Source: Squalus acanthias
Taxonomy: Eukaryota
DNA length: 64,000 nucleotides
NCBI GenBank assembly: GCA_030390025.1
Contig: CM059431.1
Span: 103,480,001-103,544,000 of the forward strand
Reading direction: 5' to 3'
Part shown: one piece after another, positions 12,660 through 24,754 of the stretch
How the letters are laid out: each line of letters starts with the position of its first letter
Position numbering within the stretch: position 1 is the first letter of the stretch
Notes under the pieces: model-generated
Databases searched by the model: none
Told to the model about the DNA's origin: nothing
Seen by the model: the letters and a program-made list of their open reading frames with translations, nothing else
Translations under genes and position numbers: made by a program

Positions 12660-13819
12660 ATGGGGGCTGCACTGATTGGGGGCGTCGTCCTGCTCCAGCT
12701 GAATCGGAGGACACAGAGACGCAGAGAGAGAGTGGCAATGATGGCCAGACGGAGGAGGGCCAACAGGCGTATGTACAGGAGAGCTTACCCTCCCAGGGTA
12801 TATCGTGAACAGCTCTCCTACATTCATATCTCTGAGGAGCTGTGTTTGCGAAGGCTGCGATTCAGCAAGGAGGTGGTCACTGAGCTCTGCCACCTGCTGC
12901 AGCCAGATCTGCAGCCTCAACTGAGGTCCAGGACGTCTCTGTCGGTGGCAGTGAAAGTCACAGTGGCTCTCAACTTCTACGCTACTGGCTCATTTCAAGC
13001 TGCTGCTGGGGACCTCGCCAATATCTCCCAGTTCGCGGTGCATTGCTGCATCCGGCAGGTCACAAATGCCCTCTTTAAAAGGAGACGAGAGTTCATCTCT
13101 TTCCCCATGACCCCAGACAAGCAGCGTGACCGCGCTCTGGGCTTTGCGAGGATAGCGGGCTTCCCCATGGTGCAGGGCGCCATTGACTGCACGCAGTGGC
13201 TTTGCGTGCTCCGCATGAGAATGCCGAGGAATTCCGGAACAGAAAGGGGTTCCATTCCTTGAATGTTCAGTTGGTCTGTGAGCACAGACAGCTGATACTC
13301 GCTGTCAATGACCACTATCCTGGCAGCTGCCACGATGCTTTTATCCTGCGCCAGACTACTGTGGCAGAACTTTTCGAGGCACCGCATCAGCCAATTGGTT
13401 GGCTTCTTGGGGACAAGGGGTATGCATTGAGCACCTGGCTGATGACACCGCTCCGTACGCCCAACACCCCTGCTGAGCTGCGGTACAATGAGAGCCATCA
13501 AGCTACCAGGAACATAATTGAGCGCACAATCGGCGTGCTGAAGCAACGGTTCCGCTGTCTCGACCATTCTGGAGGAGCCCTGCAGTACTCGCCTGAGCAA
13601 GTATCCAACTTCGTAGTTGTGTGCTGCATGTTGTATAACATGGCAATCCTCAGGACCCAGCCAATGCCACCAGGCCTTGGAGCACCACCAGAGGAGGAGG
13701 AGGAAGAGGAGGAAGAGGACGAGGAGGATGATCATCAGCAGCACCAAGGCGGGAGGGCGGCCCACAATGGTGAAACTGCAAGGGCCGTCCGTCAACGGCT
13801 GATAGCAAGCCGCTTCTAG
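12660..13819 (+). pseudogene. Harbinger DDE transposase (HARBI1-like family), single 1-nt frameshift
   Basis: Motifs CLRRLRF, ALNFYATGS, GAIDCT[H][49 protein letters not shown]. One base is missing at 13195/13196. About 386 aa if repaired. Confidence 0.93.
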
Positions 13820-14131
13820 GGCCCCTGCTGTGGAAATGGCTTCTGCCATTGCTAACAACATCAATGAACCCAGCACGCAACCCCTAAGCCGGCCAAGGCA
13901 CCAATAATTCCAACCACCAACCATGTATATTTTGAATACAAAAACTTATTTATTTTACAAACTCTGTGTGTGTCATTTCCTCATGACAAACTCATAGAAA
14001 TAAACACAAAAAAACAGTCATTAACATAACTGGTTCTCACAACCTGGAGATAATGTCCAAAACACTAAACAAAAGTTGGACCACGAACCTCGGCCTTTAA
14101 TAAAAAAATGACCAGCATTTTGTCACACCTC

Positions 14132-15951
14132 CTACTTTTTGCCCTTCGAGGGTGATCTCCTTCCCTTGCGCACTTCCCCCCTTCTAACCCTACTGCTCCT
14201 CCATAATGGGACCTCAGTGGCTGCAGCAAGGCTGGTGGAAGGCTGCTGCTCGTCAGACCCTGACACTGCAGATGCCCCTGAAGGACAGCCTCGACCAGTT
14301 CTGGGCCTGGAGGGCCCGGCTGCAGACTGCACCAACTCTGCATGGGCGGCAGCAGTCTGTCCTACAGGCGGTGGCAAGTGCAGTGGAGAAGTGACAGTGT
14401 TGGCAGCAGGAATGCTGTCATCGTGAGAGAGGACAGCAACTCCCTGCTCGACCGACACACTGGCACTCCCACGGGGCAGCACTTCAGCATCCGGAGCAAT
14501 CTGCTGGAGAACAGATTGCTGGCCTGCTGCGGCGCGGTGACAGCCCCGGGGACATGTGCACGAACCATCGAGGTTGGCAGCAGTCTGTGCTCGCGTGGCC
14601 TCAATCTGAGTCTGCATGAGAGCAGTCAGAGATGGGATCACGGCAGCCAGTGACTGAATTGCAGCACTAAGCTTTAGTGTGGCATCCACCTGTGCTACAG
14701 CGAAGTGCTCCACACTCCTTGCCAGTGACTCGATGCATTCGGGCACCCTTCCCACTGCACCCATGAGCTCAGTGTGCATGCCCACCGCCTGGGTGTTCAT
14801 TTCTGCGATCAGCCGCTCCTCCTCTGCGTCCATTGCAGTAGGAGTGTCTGGCATACTCTCCCAATGGGGAGAAGGCCCCCGTTCTTCCCTACCCCCATGG
14901 CGTTGCTGCAGCCCGCTGGGTCCTGGAGCTTCACCCTCATCAGACCCTTCCCCCCTGCTCCCCTCCAGGGAAGGCGTGTTCCCAGTGTGGGCATGGGCTT
15001 CCTCGGGAGAGGGTGGCACTGATGCTCCGGCTTCCTCTTCCTCCTCGGCTGCAGCTTCACTCCCAGTGGCAGCTTCAGGGCCCGTCTCCTCAGCTGGTGA
15101 ATCACCATCTGAAAGCAGGGAGGTACAAGAGTGGCTTTAGCGTGAGGACAGGGTGGCAGTAAGGGAGGAATAAGTGCAGCGAGTTAGCAAGTTGGATTGA
15201 AAGTGTCAAAGGCTGGTGTTGTGAGGGACAAGTGGAAGGACAGAGGACAAAAAGGTGATGACCTTACCATTGCTGTCCAGAACGGGGTCGGCGTCTCCAG
15301 TGGCGACGGGACCGATCACCCGGCTTGCCACAATCCTGTGGACGTGCTCCTCCAGATCGCTGAGGGGTTGCAGCTGAGGCCGCCCTCCACCTGTCCGTTG
15401 CTGCTGTCTCCGATTATGCGCCAGCTTGGCCTGTAAGAAAAAGGACAGCATCTGAGTAAATATACAGCCATGGTCTTGCCTGATGTGCCTCCCATAGGTG
15501 AATAGCCCTTACTGTATACAGCCATGGTCTTGCCTGATGTGCCTCCCATAGGTGAATAGCCCTTACTGTATGCAAAGTGTGGAATGTGTGTGTGTGTTTC
15601 ATGAAAGGGCCATAGGTGTTGGATGAGTGTTGTGCATTGGGGTTTTAAGACCCTCTGGCCATAGAGTGAGGTTGAGATGGAGGGATGGAGAGGTATTGAG
15701 AAAAAGCCACTCACCCTGACGACCCGAGTGAGGTCGTTGAACTTTTTGCAGCATTGAGTATGGGTCCTGGGCACCATGCTCCTGGAGGAGACGCTCTGAG
15801 CCACCTCCCTCCACACTCTTCTGTAGTCGCGTGGCAAAGGCCTCCTGCCACTCTCAGGGAAGAGTATACATCTTCTGCACTCCACCGCGCCAACCAGAGC
15901 ATCCAAGGCCCGCTCGGTGAAGCGATGAGCTCGTTCTCTCACCCTCTCCAT
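14132..15951 (-). CDS. Harbinger Myb/SANT-like DNA-binding protein, 3 exons, 458 aa
   Basis: Exons 15951-15715, 15430-15268 and 15108-14132 with GT/AG sites and matching phases (0, 1), totalling 1,377 nt without internal stop. N-terminal trihelix motif (RF...L...V...ILF...WREVA..VS...RT..QC.KKFNDL), TGGG motif, coiled-coil-like middle and basic C-terminus. Confidence 0.85.
15461..15568. repeat. Perfect 54-bp tandem duplication in intron 1 of the Myb-like gene
   Basis: TATACAGCCATGGTC...CCCTTACTG x2, identical. Confidence 0.95.
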
Positions 15952-16310
15952 CCTTGGCAGCAAAATGGATTCACAGGTCTCTCCAGGCCGAGATTCAAGG
16001 CTGCAATGAGCAGGGTGTGGCTGGGGAGCAAGTTGGCCCCCCCCGCTTTAAGAAGTGGCCGGCGCCAGTGTGTCTGTGTTCCCTCGCTAACTGGCAGCAG
16101 CTGCGCTGCGCTCGCGCGCTGAGTTAGCGCCTCACTGCTCGGCCTTTGCGCCTTAAGACAGGTGTGCAGCGCCTGATTTAGCGCTCCACTCACCTCCCGG
16201 GGCGGTAAAAGTGAAGTTTCCAGTCAGTGGCGATAATTAGCGCCAGGCGCTAATATTTGCGTCCAGATGATATTTGCGCCCCAAATGGGGCGCGACCTAA
16301 TTTTTCCCCC

Positions 16311-17490
16311 AAAGTATTTATTTAATTTCTCGGCCATTTCCTCATTCCCCATTATAAATTCTCCCGTCTCTGACTGTAAAGGACCTACATTTACCTTCAC
16401 CAGTCTTTTCCTTTTCACATACCTATAGAAACTTTTACAATCCGTTTATATATTTTTCGCTAGTTTGTGCTCATATTACGTTTTCCCTTTCTTTATCAAT
16501 TTCTTGGTCCCCCTTTGCTGATTTCTAAAAAGATCCCAATCCTCAGGCTGACCGCTTTTCCCGGCAACTTTATAAGCTTCCTCCTTTGACTTAATACTAG
16601 CTTTAATTTCTTTTGTTAGCCATGGTTGGATCACTTTTCCTTTTGGGTTTTTATGCCCTAGAGGAATATGTTTGTTGCAAATTATGCATTATTTCCTTGA
16701 ATGTTAGCCATTGTATGATCACCTTCATATCTAGTCTCCCAATCTACCATGGCCAACTTGTCCCTCATACCCTTGTAGTATCCTCTGTTTAGATGGAAGA
16801 CCTTAGTTTCAGATTGGACTACATCACTCTCAAACTTAATATAAAATTCAATCATATTATGGTCACTTGTCCCTAAAGGCCCCTTTCCCACAAGATTATT
16901 GACTAGCCCTTTCTCATTACACAGTACCAGATCCAGAATAGCCTGTTCCCTGGTTGGTTCCTCCACATACTAATCCAGGAAACCATCTCCCATGCATTCC
17001 AAGAATTCGTCCTCCACACCATTAGTGGTAATTTGATTTGCCCAGTCAATATGTAGATTAAAGTCCCCCATGATTACCATATTGCCCTTGCTACATGCAC
17101 TTCTAATCTCTTGATTGATACTGTGCCCTATATTACCACGACTGTTTGGTGGCCTATACACAACTCCCACCAATGTTTTTCGCCCTTTGCTGTTTCTTAG
17201 CTCCACCCAAACTGATTCCAGTTCTACATCACGATCTGCCAAGCCAAGATCTTTTATCTCTACCGTACCAATCTCATCCCTTATTCACAGTGCTACACCA
17301 CCTCCTTTTCCTTTTTGTTTGTCCTTCCTAAATGTTGAGTACCCTGGAACATTCAGTTCCCAGCTTTGGTTACCCTGCAACCATGTCTCTGTAATGGCAA
17401 CTACATCATACCCATTTACTTCTATTAGTGCCATTAATTCATCCACCTTGTTGCGAATGCTATGTGCATTTAGATAAAGTGCCTTCAACT
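16311..17490 (-). mobile_element. CR1 LINE, APE-endonuclease part (5' side of the interrupted copy)
   Basis: YLNAHSIRNK, AITETWL, GGGVAL, YRPPN, MGDFN, LDLVL, SDHNMI motifs. Confidence 0.93.
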
Positions 17491-17734
17491 TTGCCTGTTA
17501 AATATTTTTCTGCACTTTGACCCTCTTTACTGTTGGCCTTTGTTTCTGCTCCCTACTAGTTTTGCTGACTACTTTTCTAACTTGCACTTCCAGCTTTGTT
17601 TCTCTCTGTTCTGGGCCCACACTTAGGTTCCCTAGGGTGTCCGCCTTTGGAGCTGAAGGGCGCCCTCCTGTGAAAGTGCAAGCTGTGTGGATGGAGGTCC
17701 CCAGAAAAAAAACACACTCCCAGGTCCATAAAAG

Positions 17735-17897
17735 GAAGAAAGAAAGACTTGCATTTATACAGCGCCCTCCACAACCTCAGGACATCCCAAAGCGCTTTAC
17801 AGCCAATTAAGTACTTTTGAAGTGTGGTCACGGTTGGAAACGCGGCAGCCAATTTGCGCACAGCAAGCTGCCACAAACAGCAATGTGATAATGACCA
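17735..17897 (-). mobile_element. Deu-domain SINE 3' fragment
   Basis: Tail and 3' body only. Confidence 0.8.
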
Positions 17898-18302
17898 GGT
17901 AGCTATTTTAAGGTTGGATCAAGTGCACCAAATGGACAAGAAGCCTTCAGTTATCAAGAGGAATGCTGTGGAAAGTGTATCCAGCACAATCAACACTTTA
18001 AACACCCACAGGGAAGCCGCATGCAAAGTACAGAGCCAACTTTTGGATATTGCACACAAGCGTTCATGGCAATGAAGGTGCATAATACACTTGCTGCGTG
18101 GCACTGAAAAATATTGCACTCTTACTTAAAGAATTCCACTGTTGAGATGTAGATTGGCCACAAGAATGGCTACATAGCTGTTTCATATTCTGATATGATG
18201 CGTAATGTGTGATTTCATGAGAAAACAGCACATAACCTTCAGGAGAAAATCTGGACTGGTGTTGGTGGGAGGGGGGCGGGGGGGTTGGGGGGGGGGTGGT
18301 TA

Positions 18303-18688
18303 CCACTCCAGAAACTTGAGCACAAAATCTAGGCTGAAGCTCCCAGTGCAGTGCTGAGGGAGAGCTGCACTGTCAGTGGTACCATCTTTTGGATGAGACG
18401 TCCGCTCTCAGGTGGACTTTACAGATCCCACGGCCGCTATTTCGAAGAAGAGCAGGGGTGTTCTCCCCGGTGTCTTGGCCAATATCGATCCCTCAAGCAA
18501 CATCACTAAAACAGATTATTTGGCCATTATAACATTGCTGTGTGTGGAAGCTTGCTGTGTGCAAATTGGCTGCCGCGTTTCCCACATTACAACAGTGACT
18601 CCACTTCAAAACGTACTTCATTGGCTGTAAAGCTCTGGGACATCCTGAGGTCATGAAAGGCGCTATATAAATGCACATTCTTTCTTTT
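18303..18688 (+). mobile_element. Deu-domain SINE, head truncated
   Basis: Body and tail match the other copies. Confidence 0.85.
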
Positions 18689-18848
18689 ATCTACACTGTT
18701 TATATTAGCAATGTTGTTTCTTTTTTCTTCCCAAGATTCTCTGTTAAATTAACCCAACACGAAGTGACAGGACAACTTACTCAGTCAGCTCTTCAGCGAC
18801 ACAGCTCAAACCATTCCAGGTCCCTCTCTCTGGAATGCAAGAGGGGAC

Positions 18849-18883
18849 TTTATAGACTTTAACGCGACGGAGAAACGAAACCT
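18849..18883 (-). promoter_or_regulatory. Candidate ISRE plus TATA box
   Basis: Minus strand reads AGGTTTCGTTTCT (18883-18871), then TATAAA (18854-18849), then a GTAAGT donor (18780-18775). Overlaps what may be an ancient CR1 remnant. Confidence 0.35.
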
Positions 18884-19267
18884 GAAGTAAAATGCTCAGA
18901 CACAACGTGCAGGAGGTAAAACCGCACAGGTTCATGGGTACGGTGGGCAAATTTAGGACAGAGGTCAGGAAGTATTCCTTTACGAAGAAGGTGGCCAATA
19001 GCTGAAAGAGTTACCAGGAATGGTGTTGAAGGCAAAGACATTGAAGGAAGCGTCAGATACTATGATGGGAAGTTGGTAGTATTGGTATTCCTGAAGGATA
19101 AAATCAAATGGCTAAAAGTGCCTCTTTCATCTCAACCTAACTTGTGATGTTGTGACCTTGAGCTGTGATGTTCAGGAACTATCTCAGTGTGCTTCCTTTG
19201 CCTGTAGCATCTTTTTGGTTCTCATTTAATGCTTCACAACATCAGCAACCAACAATTGTATCTGTTT

Positions 19268-19722
19268 AAAAAAAGACTTGCATTTATATAGCGCCTTTCT
19301 CGACCACCGGGTGTCCCAAAGCGCCTTACAGCCAATGAAGTACTTTTTGAAGTGTAGTCACTGTTGCAATCTTGGAAACACGGCAGCCAATCGCGCACAG
19401 CAAGGTCCCACAAACAGCAATGTGATAATGACCAGATGATCTGTATTTTTTTAGTGATGTTGATTGAGGGATAAATATTGGCCCCAGGACACCGGGGAGA
19501 ACTCCCCCTGCTCTTCTTTGAAATAGAGCCACGGGACCTTTTACATCCACCTGAGAGAGCAGGCGGAGCCTCGGTTTAACGTCTCATCCGAAAGGCAACA
19601 CCTCCAACACTGCATTGGAGTGTCGGCATGGATTTTTGTGCTCAAGTCTCTGGAGCGGGACTTGAACCCACAACCTTTTGATTCAGAGGCGAGAGGGTGA
19701 CCCACTGAGCCACGGATGACAC
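19268..19722 (-). mobile_element. Deu-domain SINE, near full length
   Basis: Head, body and tail all present. Confidence 0.87.
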
Positions 19723-20098
19723 TAAATCAATAAAGTGGGTTGCTTTCCCACCACAGCTGCCTTGCCTTCTCAGTGTTGTCCACTGTTTTCTCCTTTTCAC
19801 ACCCGGGTACACAACAGCGCATATTTGCACATCACATTCTGCTATTGTTTGGATCTCAATTCCGATTGGTCGATGCCCCTAACTTGTACAGATGCCTGTA
19901 GTAAAATAGCAGCTGCACGCCTGGGTTGGGGGGGGAGGAGCGTGCAACTCTAATATCTGGTGATTGTATAAAATGGCACAGCACAGAAGGAGGCCATTCG
20001 GCCCATCGTGCCTGTGCCGGCTCTCTGAAAGAGTTCTCCAATTAATCCCACTCTCCTGCACTTTCCCCATAGCCCTGCAATTTATTTTTCCTTTTCAA

Positions 20099-20949
20099 GT
20101 TGAGTGAGTGGGCAAACACATGGCAGATGCAGTATAACGTGGATAACTGTAAAGTTATCCACTTTGGTAGGAAAAACAGAAAGGCAGAGTATTATTTAAA
20201 TGGTGATAGATTGGGAAATGTTGATGAGCAGAGGGACCTGGATTTCCTTGTACACCAGTCACTGAAAGCAAACATGCAGGTGCAGCAAACAATTAGGAAG
20301 GCAAATGATATGTTGGCCTTCATTGCAAGAGGATTTGAGTACAGGAGCAAGGATGTCTTACTACAGTTATACAGGGCCTCGGTGAGGCCACACCTGGAGT
20401 ACTGTGTGCAGTTTTGGTCTCCTCACCTAAGAAAGGGTGTACTTGCCATAGAGGGAGTGCAGCGAAGGTTCACCAGCCTGATTCCTGGGATGGCAGGACT
20501 GTCATATGAGGAGAGATTGGGTCGACTGTGCCTGTATTCACTAGACTTTAGAAGAATGAGAGGGGATTTCATTGAAACGTATAAAATTCTGACAGGGCTA
20601 GACAGACTGGATGCAGGGAGGATGTTTCCCCTGGCTGGGGGGTCTAGAACGAGGGGTCACAGTCTCAGGATACGGGGTAGGATATTTAGGACTGAGATGA
20701 GGAGAAATTTCTTCACTCAGAGGGTGTGAACCTGTGGAATTCTCTACCACAGAAGGCTGTGGAGGCCAAGTCACTGAATATATTTAAGAAGGAGATAGAT
20801 AGATTTCTAGACACAAAAGGCATCAAGGGGTATGGAGAGAGAGCGGGAATATGGTATTGAGATAGAGGATCAGCCATGATCATATTGAATGGCAGAGCAG
20901 GCTCGAAGGGCCGAATGGCCGACTCCTGCTCCTATTTTTCTGTTTCTAT
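20099..20949 (+). mobile_element. CR1 LINE 3' fragment
   Basis: ORF 20100..20729 (WQMQYNVD...[13 protein letters not shown]...RRMRGD) plus 3' UTR. The tail is interrupted by a MITE. Confidence 0.93.
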
Positions 20950-21843
20950 GGGGGAAAAGTTCAGTATCGCCCCGTTTGGGGCGCAATTATTGGCCGGGCG
21001 CAAAGATTAGCGCCTGACGCTAATTATCGCCTCCGACTGCAAACTTGACTTTTATCGCCCCTGGAGGTGATTGAGCGCTAAATCAGGTGCTACACATCTG
21101 TCTTAAGGCGCAAAAGCCAAGGAGCGAGGTGCTAACTCAGAGCGCTGGCGAAGCTCATGTGATGTCAGTCAGCAATGGAACACAGACACAATGGCCCCGG
21201 CCAGTTCTTAAAGGGGAGGGTTAATCTTGCTTTCCATCCAAATCCTGCTCATTGCAGCCTTGAATCTCGGCCTGGAGAGACCTGTACATCAAATCTGCTG
21301 GAAATAACAATGGAGAGGCCCAGGGAAAGAGCTCAGAGTGCAGCCCCAACAGTCTCTTCTAAATCGATACAAGGAAGGGCAAATCAAAATGAACCTGCAA
21401 AGTGCTGCTCAGTACCCAAAACTCCTTCACACAGCGTTGAATCTCTCCAGAAGTCTCTCTCTCTCTCTCTCTCAGAATGCGTGGTTCAAAAATGTCGCCA
21501 ACAAAAAAAGGCAGGAAGCGGTCGCCTTTAAATAGCGCTCCCCCAGTCCCTTCCTGACTGCAAAACGTTCCCCTCAACCTGTCGTTGCTAGTGGCAGGCG
21601 GTAAGGCAGGGGGCGCCACTCAATATCCGCTCAGGGGTGCTACCGGGGCGTTGCACACTCGACTGACGTCACGATCTGCCGGCGCAGGAGATCGTGGCGG
21701 TAGTGTTTAGCGCCGCCGCAAAATGTCTAGTTAATTTCGCGAGCGGCGCAAACATCTCCGTGCCCGGGCGCTAGTTGCCTTGCGCCCCATTAGCGCCCTC
21801 TTAAGGAGCTAATGGGAGGCGCAACCAACTGAATTTTTCCCCC
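20950..21843. mobile_element. 894-bp non-autonomous derivative of the 12149-16310 Harbinger family, inverted orientation
   Basis: TIRs GGGGGAAAAGTT / AATTTTTCCCCC with TSD TAT. Both ends align to the full-length element, including the Myb start (MERPRERAQ at ~21310). Confidence 0.93.
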
Positions 21844-22204
21844 TATGTTTCTAAGTATTTATCCAATTTCCTTTTGAAAGTTACTATCGAATCTTCTTTC
21901 AGGCAGCGCATTCCAGATCATAATTCACTGAGTAAAAAAATTCTCTTCATCTCCCGGGTTTGCCGACCGCCTCGGAACCACCCCGCCCTCCGCCAACCCG
22001 CCTTCCCCATTAAAATTCAGCCCTATGCCTCTATTTATAAAATCAAGGATCCCGTGTGCTTTTTTAACAGCTTTATCAACTTGTCCAGCCACCTTCAAAG
22101 ATTTGTGCATGTGTATCAGATCAGCTGCTCAGTATGCAGGCACCTGATTATCCTTTCTATTGACGTCATCCATTTTACACCATCATCGAAAATTAATACT
22201 ATTA

Positions 22205-22540
22205 ATAACAACAACATCTTGTATTTATACAGCGCCCTTAATGCAGTAAAACATCCCAAGGCGCTTCACAGGAGTGTTACCAGACAAAATTTGACACCGA
22301 GCCACATAAGGAGATATTAGGACAGGTGACCAAAAGCTTGGTCAAAGAGGGAGGTTTTAAGGAGCGTCTTAAAGGCGGAGAGGATTAGGGAGGGAATTCC
22401 AGAGCTTAGGGCCTCAGCAGCTGAAGGCATGGCCGCCAATGGTGGAGCGATGGAAATCAGGGATGCACAAGGGGCCAGAATTGGAAGGAGCGCAGAGATC
22501 TTAGAGGGTTGTGGGGCTGTAAGAGATTACAGAGATAGGG
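22205..22540 (-). mobile_element. L2-type LINE 3' fragment
   Basis: L2 3' end with (TTG)n tail. Confidence 0.8.
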
Positions 22541-23379
22541 TTAATTAACAGTAGCTGACCACACATAACTTTTTGCATACAACAGCAAGCATTAGAATCC
22601 ATCTAGTATAAACAGGATACAACATTATTTATGTGTTTGATATGATTTGTACTCTGTTTAGTAACTCGCCAGTTATGCAATCACTTCATATGTGAAATAT
22701 GATCATTCCCACAGCTACAAATGATTAACACCAATGAAACTGAACAGTCTTGCTCCATTACTGACTCCCAGTCTATATTTGAGCAGCTGATTGCCATGAT
22801 GAGACACTCTTGGCACTTTGTACGAACAATCCTATTTCTAGAAATCAGTTATGGCTTCATTTTCTGAAAGTGCAGCTGTCAAGTGCAATATTACCAATGT
22901 AATTTGAACAATTTTGCTCTGTTCAAGTACTCTGTACAACATAAGCTCAAAGGAGGAGAGCTATTACCTCTCTTATAGCAAACTGCAACTTCTTATTTCC
23001 CTTTTTCAAACACTTTCAGAGGTTCTTTTTCTCTCTCTTGTTTACATCTAAAATTTGGGTCACGACAACTTGATTTTCAGATCCTCAAGTTGGAGCTGAC
23101 ACCAATATATTGTTCGACCTGCTCTATGCCTGTGTGTATCCTGAAGATGTGTCGAATATTATTGTAATTCTCAGTATTGGAGCTCGCTCTACAGAACAGT
23201 TTGTCTGTACTCCATCATGCCTTTTAAAGGTCCTGCATGACATAGGTATGTCTAAAGGGAGATCCAATGATTGTTACTTGCTGCTATTTTCATTGTTAAA
23301 TGGCCATTCTTTGCCTCGGACTTCACTGTACTTCGCTTGCGGTAACTTCCATCACTATGTTTCTGATGATTCAAAGTAA

Positions 23380-23545
23380 CTGAAATAAAAACAGAAAATG
23401 CTGGAAATACTCAGCAGGTCAGGCAGCTTCTGTGGAGAGAGAAACAGAGTTAACGTTTCTGGTCGATGACCTGACCTACTGAGTGTTTCCAGCATTTTCT
23501 GTTTTTATTTCAGATTTCCAGCATCTGCAGTTTTTTGCTTTTCAA
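23380..23545. mobile_element. Inverted Penelope-like mini-element
   Basis: Inverted arms flanked by the direct repeat TTCAAAGTAACTGA (23370-23383 and 23541-23554). Confidence 0.75.
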
Positions 23546-23559
23546 AGTAACTGACCTTT

Positions 23560-23800
23560 TTCACATTCTCCTCATCTCCCCCTCTGGTTCTTTTGCCAAT
23601 TACCTTAAATCTGTGTCCTCTGGTTACCGACCCTCCTGCCACTGGAAACAGTTTCTCCTTATTTACTCCATTAAAACCCCTCATAATTTTGAACCCCTCC
23701 ATTAAATCTTCCCCTTAACCTTCTCTGCTCCAAGGAGAACAACCCCAGCTTCTCTAATCTCTCCAAATAACTGAAGTCCCGCATCCCTGGTACCATTTTG
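23560..23800 (-). mobile_element. CR1 fragment
   Basis: FKIMRGF...LFPVAGGSVTRGHRFKVIGKR. Confidence 0.8.
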
Positions 23801-24047
23801 GTAGATCTAGTCATGTGATTAGTTTTATTTGAAATTTGGCAATCTCTATAAGAAACAACCTAAAGCTCTTTTGTCATTCCTAGTGTGTTATGAAAATCTC
23901 AACTTGATGCCTGAAGGACTGAGTTGTTGACAGCAACAATTAGCCTTCACAGTCAGCAGAGACAAGCATCAAAAATCATTATTTTCACATTGTGAACACT
24001 GTGTTATACTCCATTATACAGAGTCACAATCACATTGAATGGCGTAC

Positions 24048-24647
24048 GTAAGAACATAAGAACATAAGGAATAGGAGCAGGAGAAGGCCATTCGGCCCCT
24101 CGAGCCTGCTCCGCCATTCAATAAGGTCATGGCTGATCTGAACTTGGCCTCAACGCCACTTTCCCGCCCGCTCTCCATAACCCTTGATTCCCCTGTAGCT
24201 CAAATATATGTCTATCTCTGCCTTGAATATATTCAATGACTCAGCCTTCACAGCTCTCTGGGGTAGAGAATGCCAAAGATTCACGACCCTCTGAGAGAAG
24301 AAATTCCTCCTCATCTCCGTTTTAAATGGGTGACCCCTTATCCTGAAACTGTGCCCCCGAGTTCTAGATTCCCCCATGAGGGGAAACATCCTCCCTGCAT
24401 CTACCCTGTCAAACCCCCTCAGAATCTTAAATGTTTCAATGAGATCACCTCTCATTCTTCTAAACTCCAATGAGTATAAGCTCAACCTGCTCAACCTTTC
24501 TCCATAAGACAACACCTTCTTCTCAGGAATTAACCTAGTGAACCTTCTCTGAACTGCCTCCAATGCAAGTATATCCCTCCTTAAATAAGGAGACCAAAAC
24601 TGCACACAGTACTCTAGGTGTGGTCTCACCAACGCCCTGTACAGCAT
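24048..24647 (-). mobile_element. CR1 LINE 3' fragment
   Basis: ORF 24150..24647 plus 3' UTR and (CTTATGTT)n tail. Confidence 0.92.
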
Positions 24648-24754
24648 GTACTCTTAGCCTCAGACCCAACCTCATAACTCTTTGAACACTGCAGAGGCAC
24701 CTTGGCATTGAAGTACAACAATATTCTGTTAGTCATTTACACTAGTATGAATGG

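Larger units (their letters stand above)
12149..16310. mobile_element. Full-length PIF/Harbinger DNA transposon (4,162 bp)
   Basis: TIRs GGGGTAAAAATT / AATTTTTCCCCC and TSD AAA. Removing the element restores the CR1 frame (EKLNKYFVSVFMEED). Convergent transposase and Myb-like genes. Confidence 0.96.
19965..22112 (-). mobile_element. Older CR1 3' fragment split by nested insertions
   Basis: Tail at 19965-20098 continues at ~21853 (TATTTATCCAATTTCC...) and at 22024-22112. Confidence 0.65.

Noticed and set aside
12660..13819. Domesticated host HARBI1 gene
   Set aside because: Enclosed by TIRs and a TSD, inserted in a LINE, and frameshifted.
12995..13924. 309-aa minus-strand ORF
   Set aside because: Antisense shadow of the GC-rich transposase; its hydrophobic run mirrors the GAG repeat.
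23081..23245. Open 165-bp segment between AG and GTATGT
   Set aside because: No recognisable homology or partner exon; could be chance.
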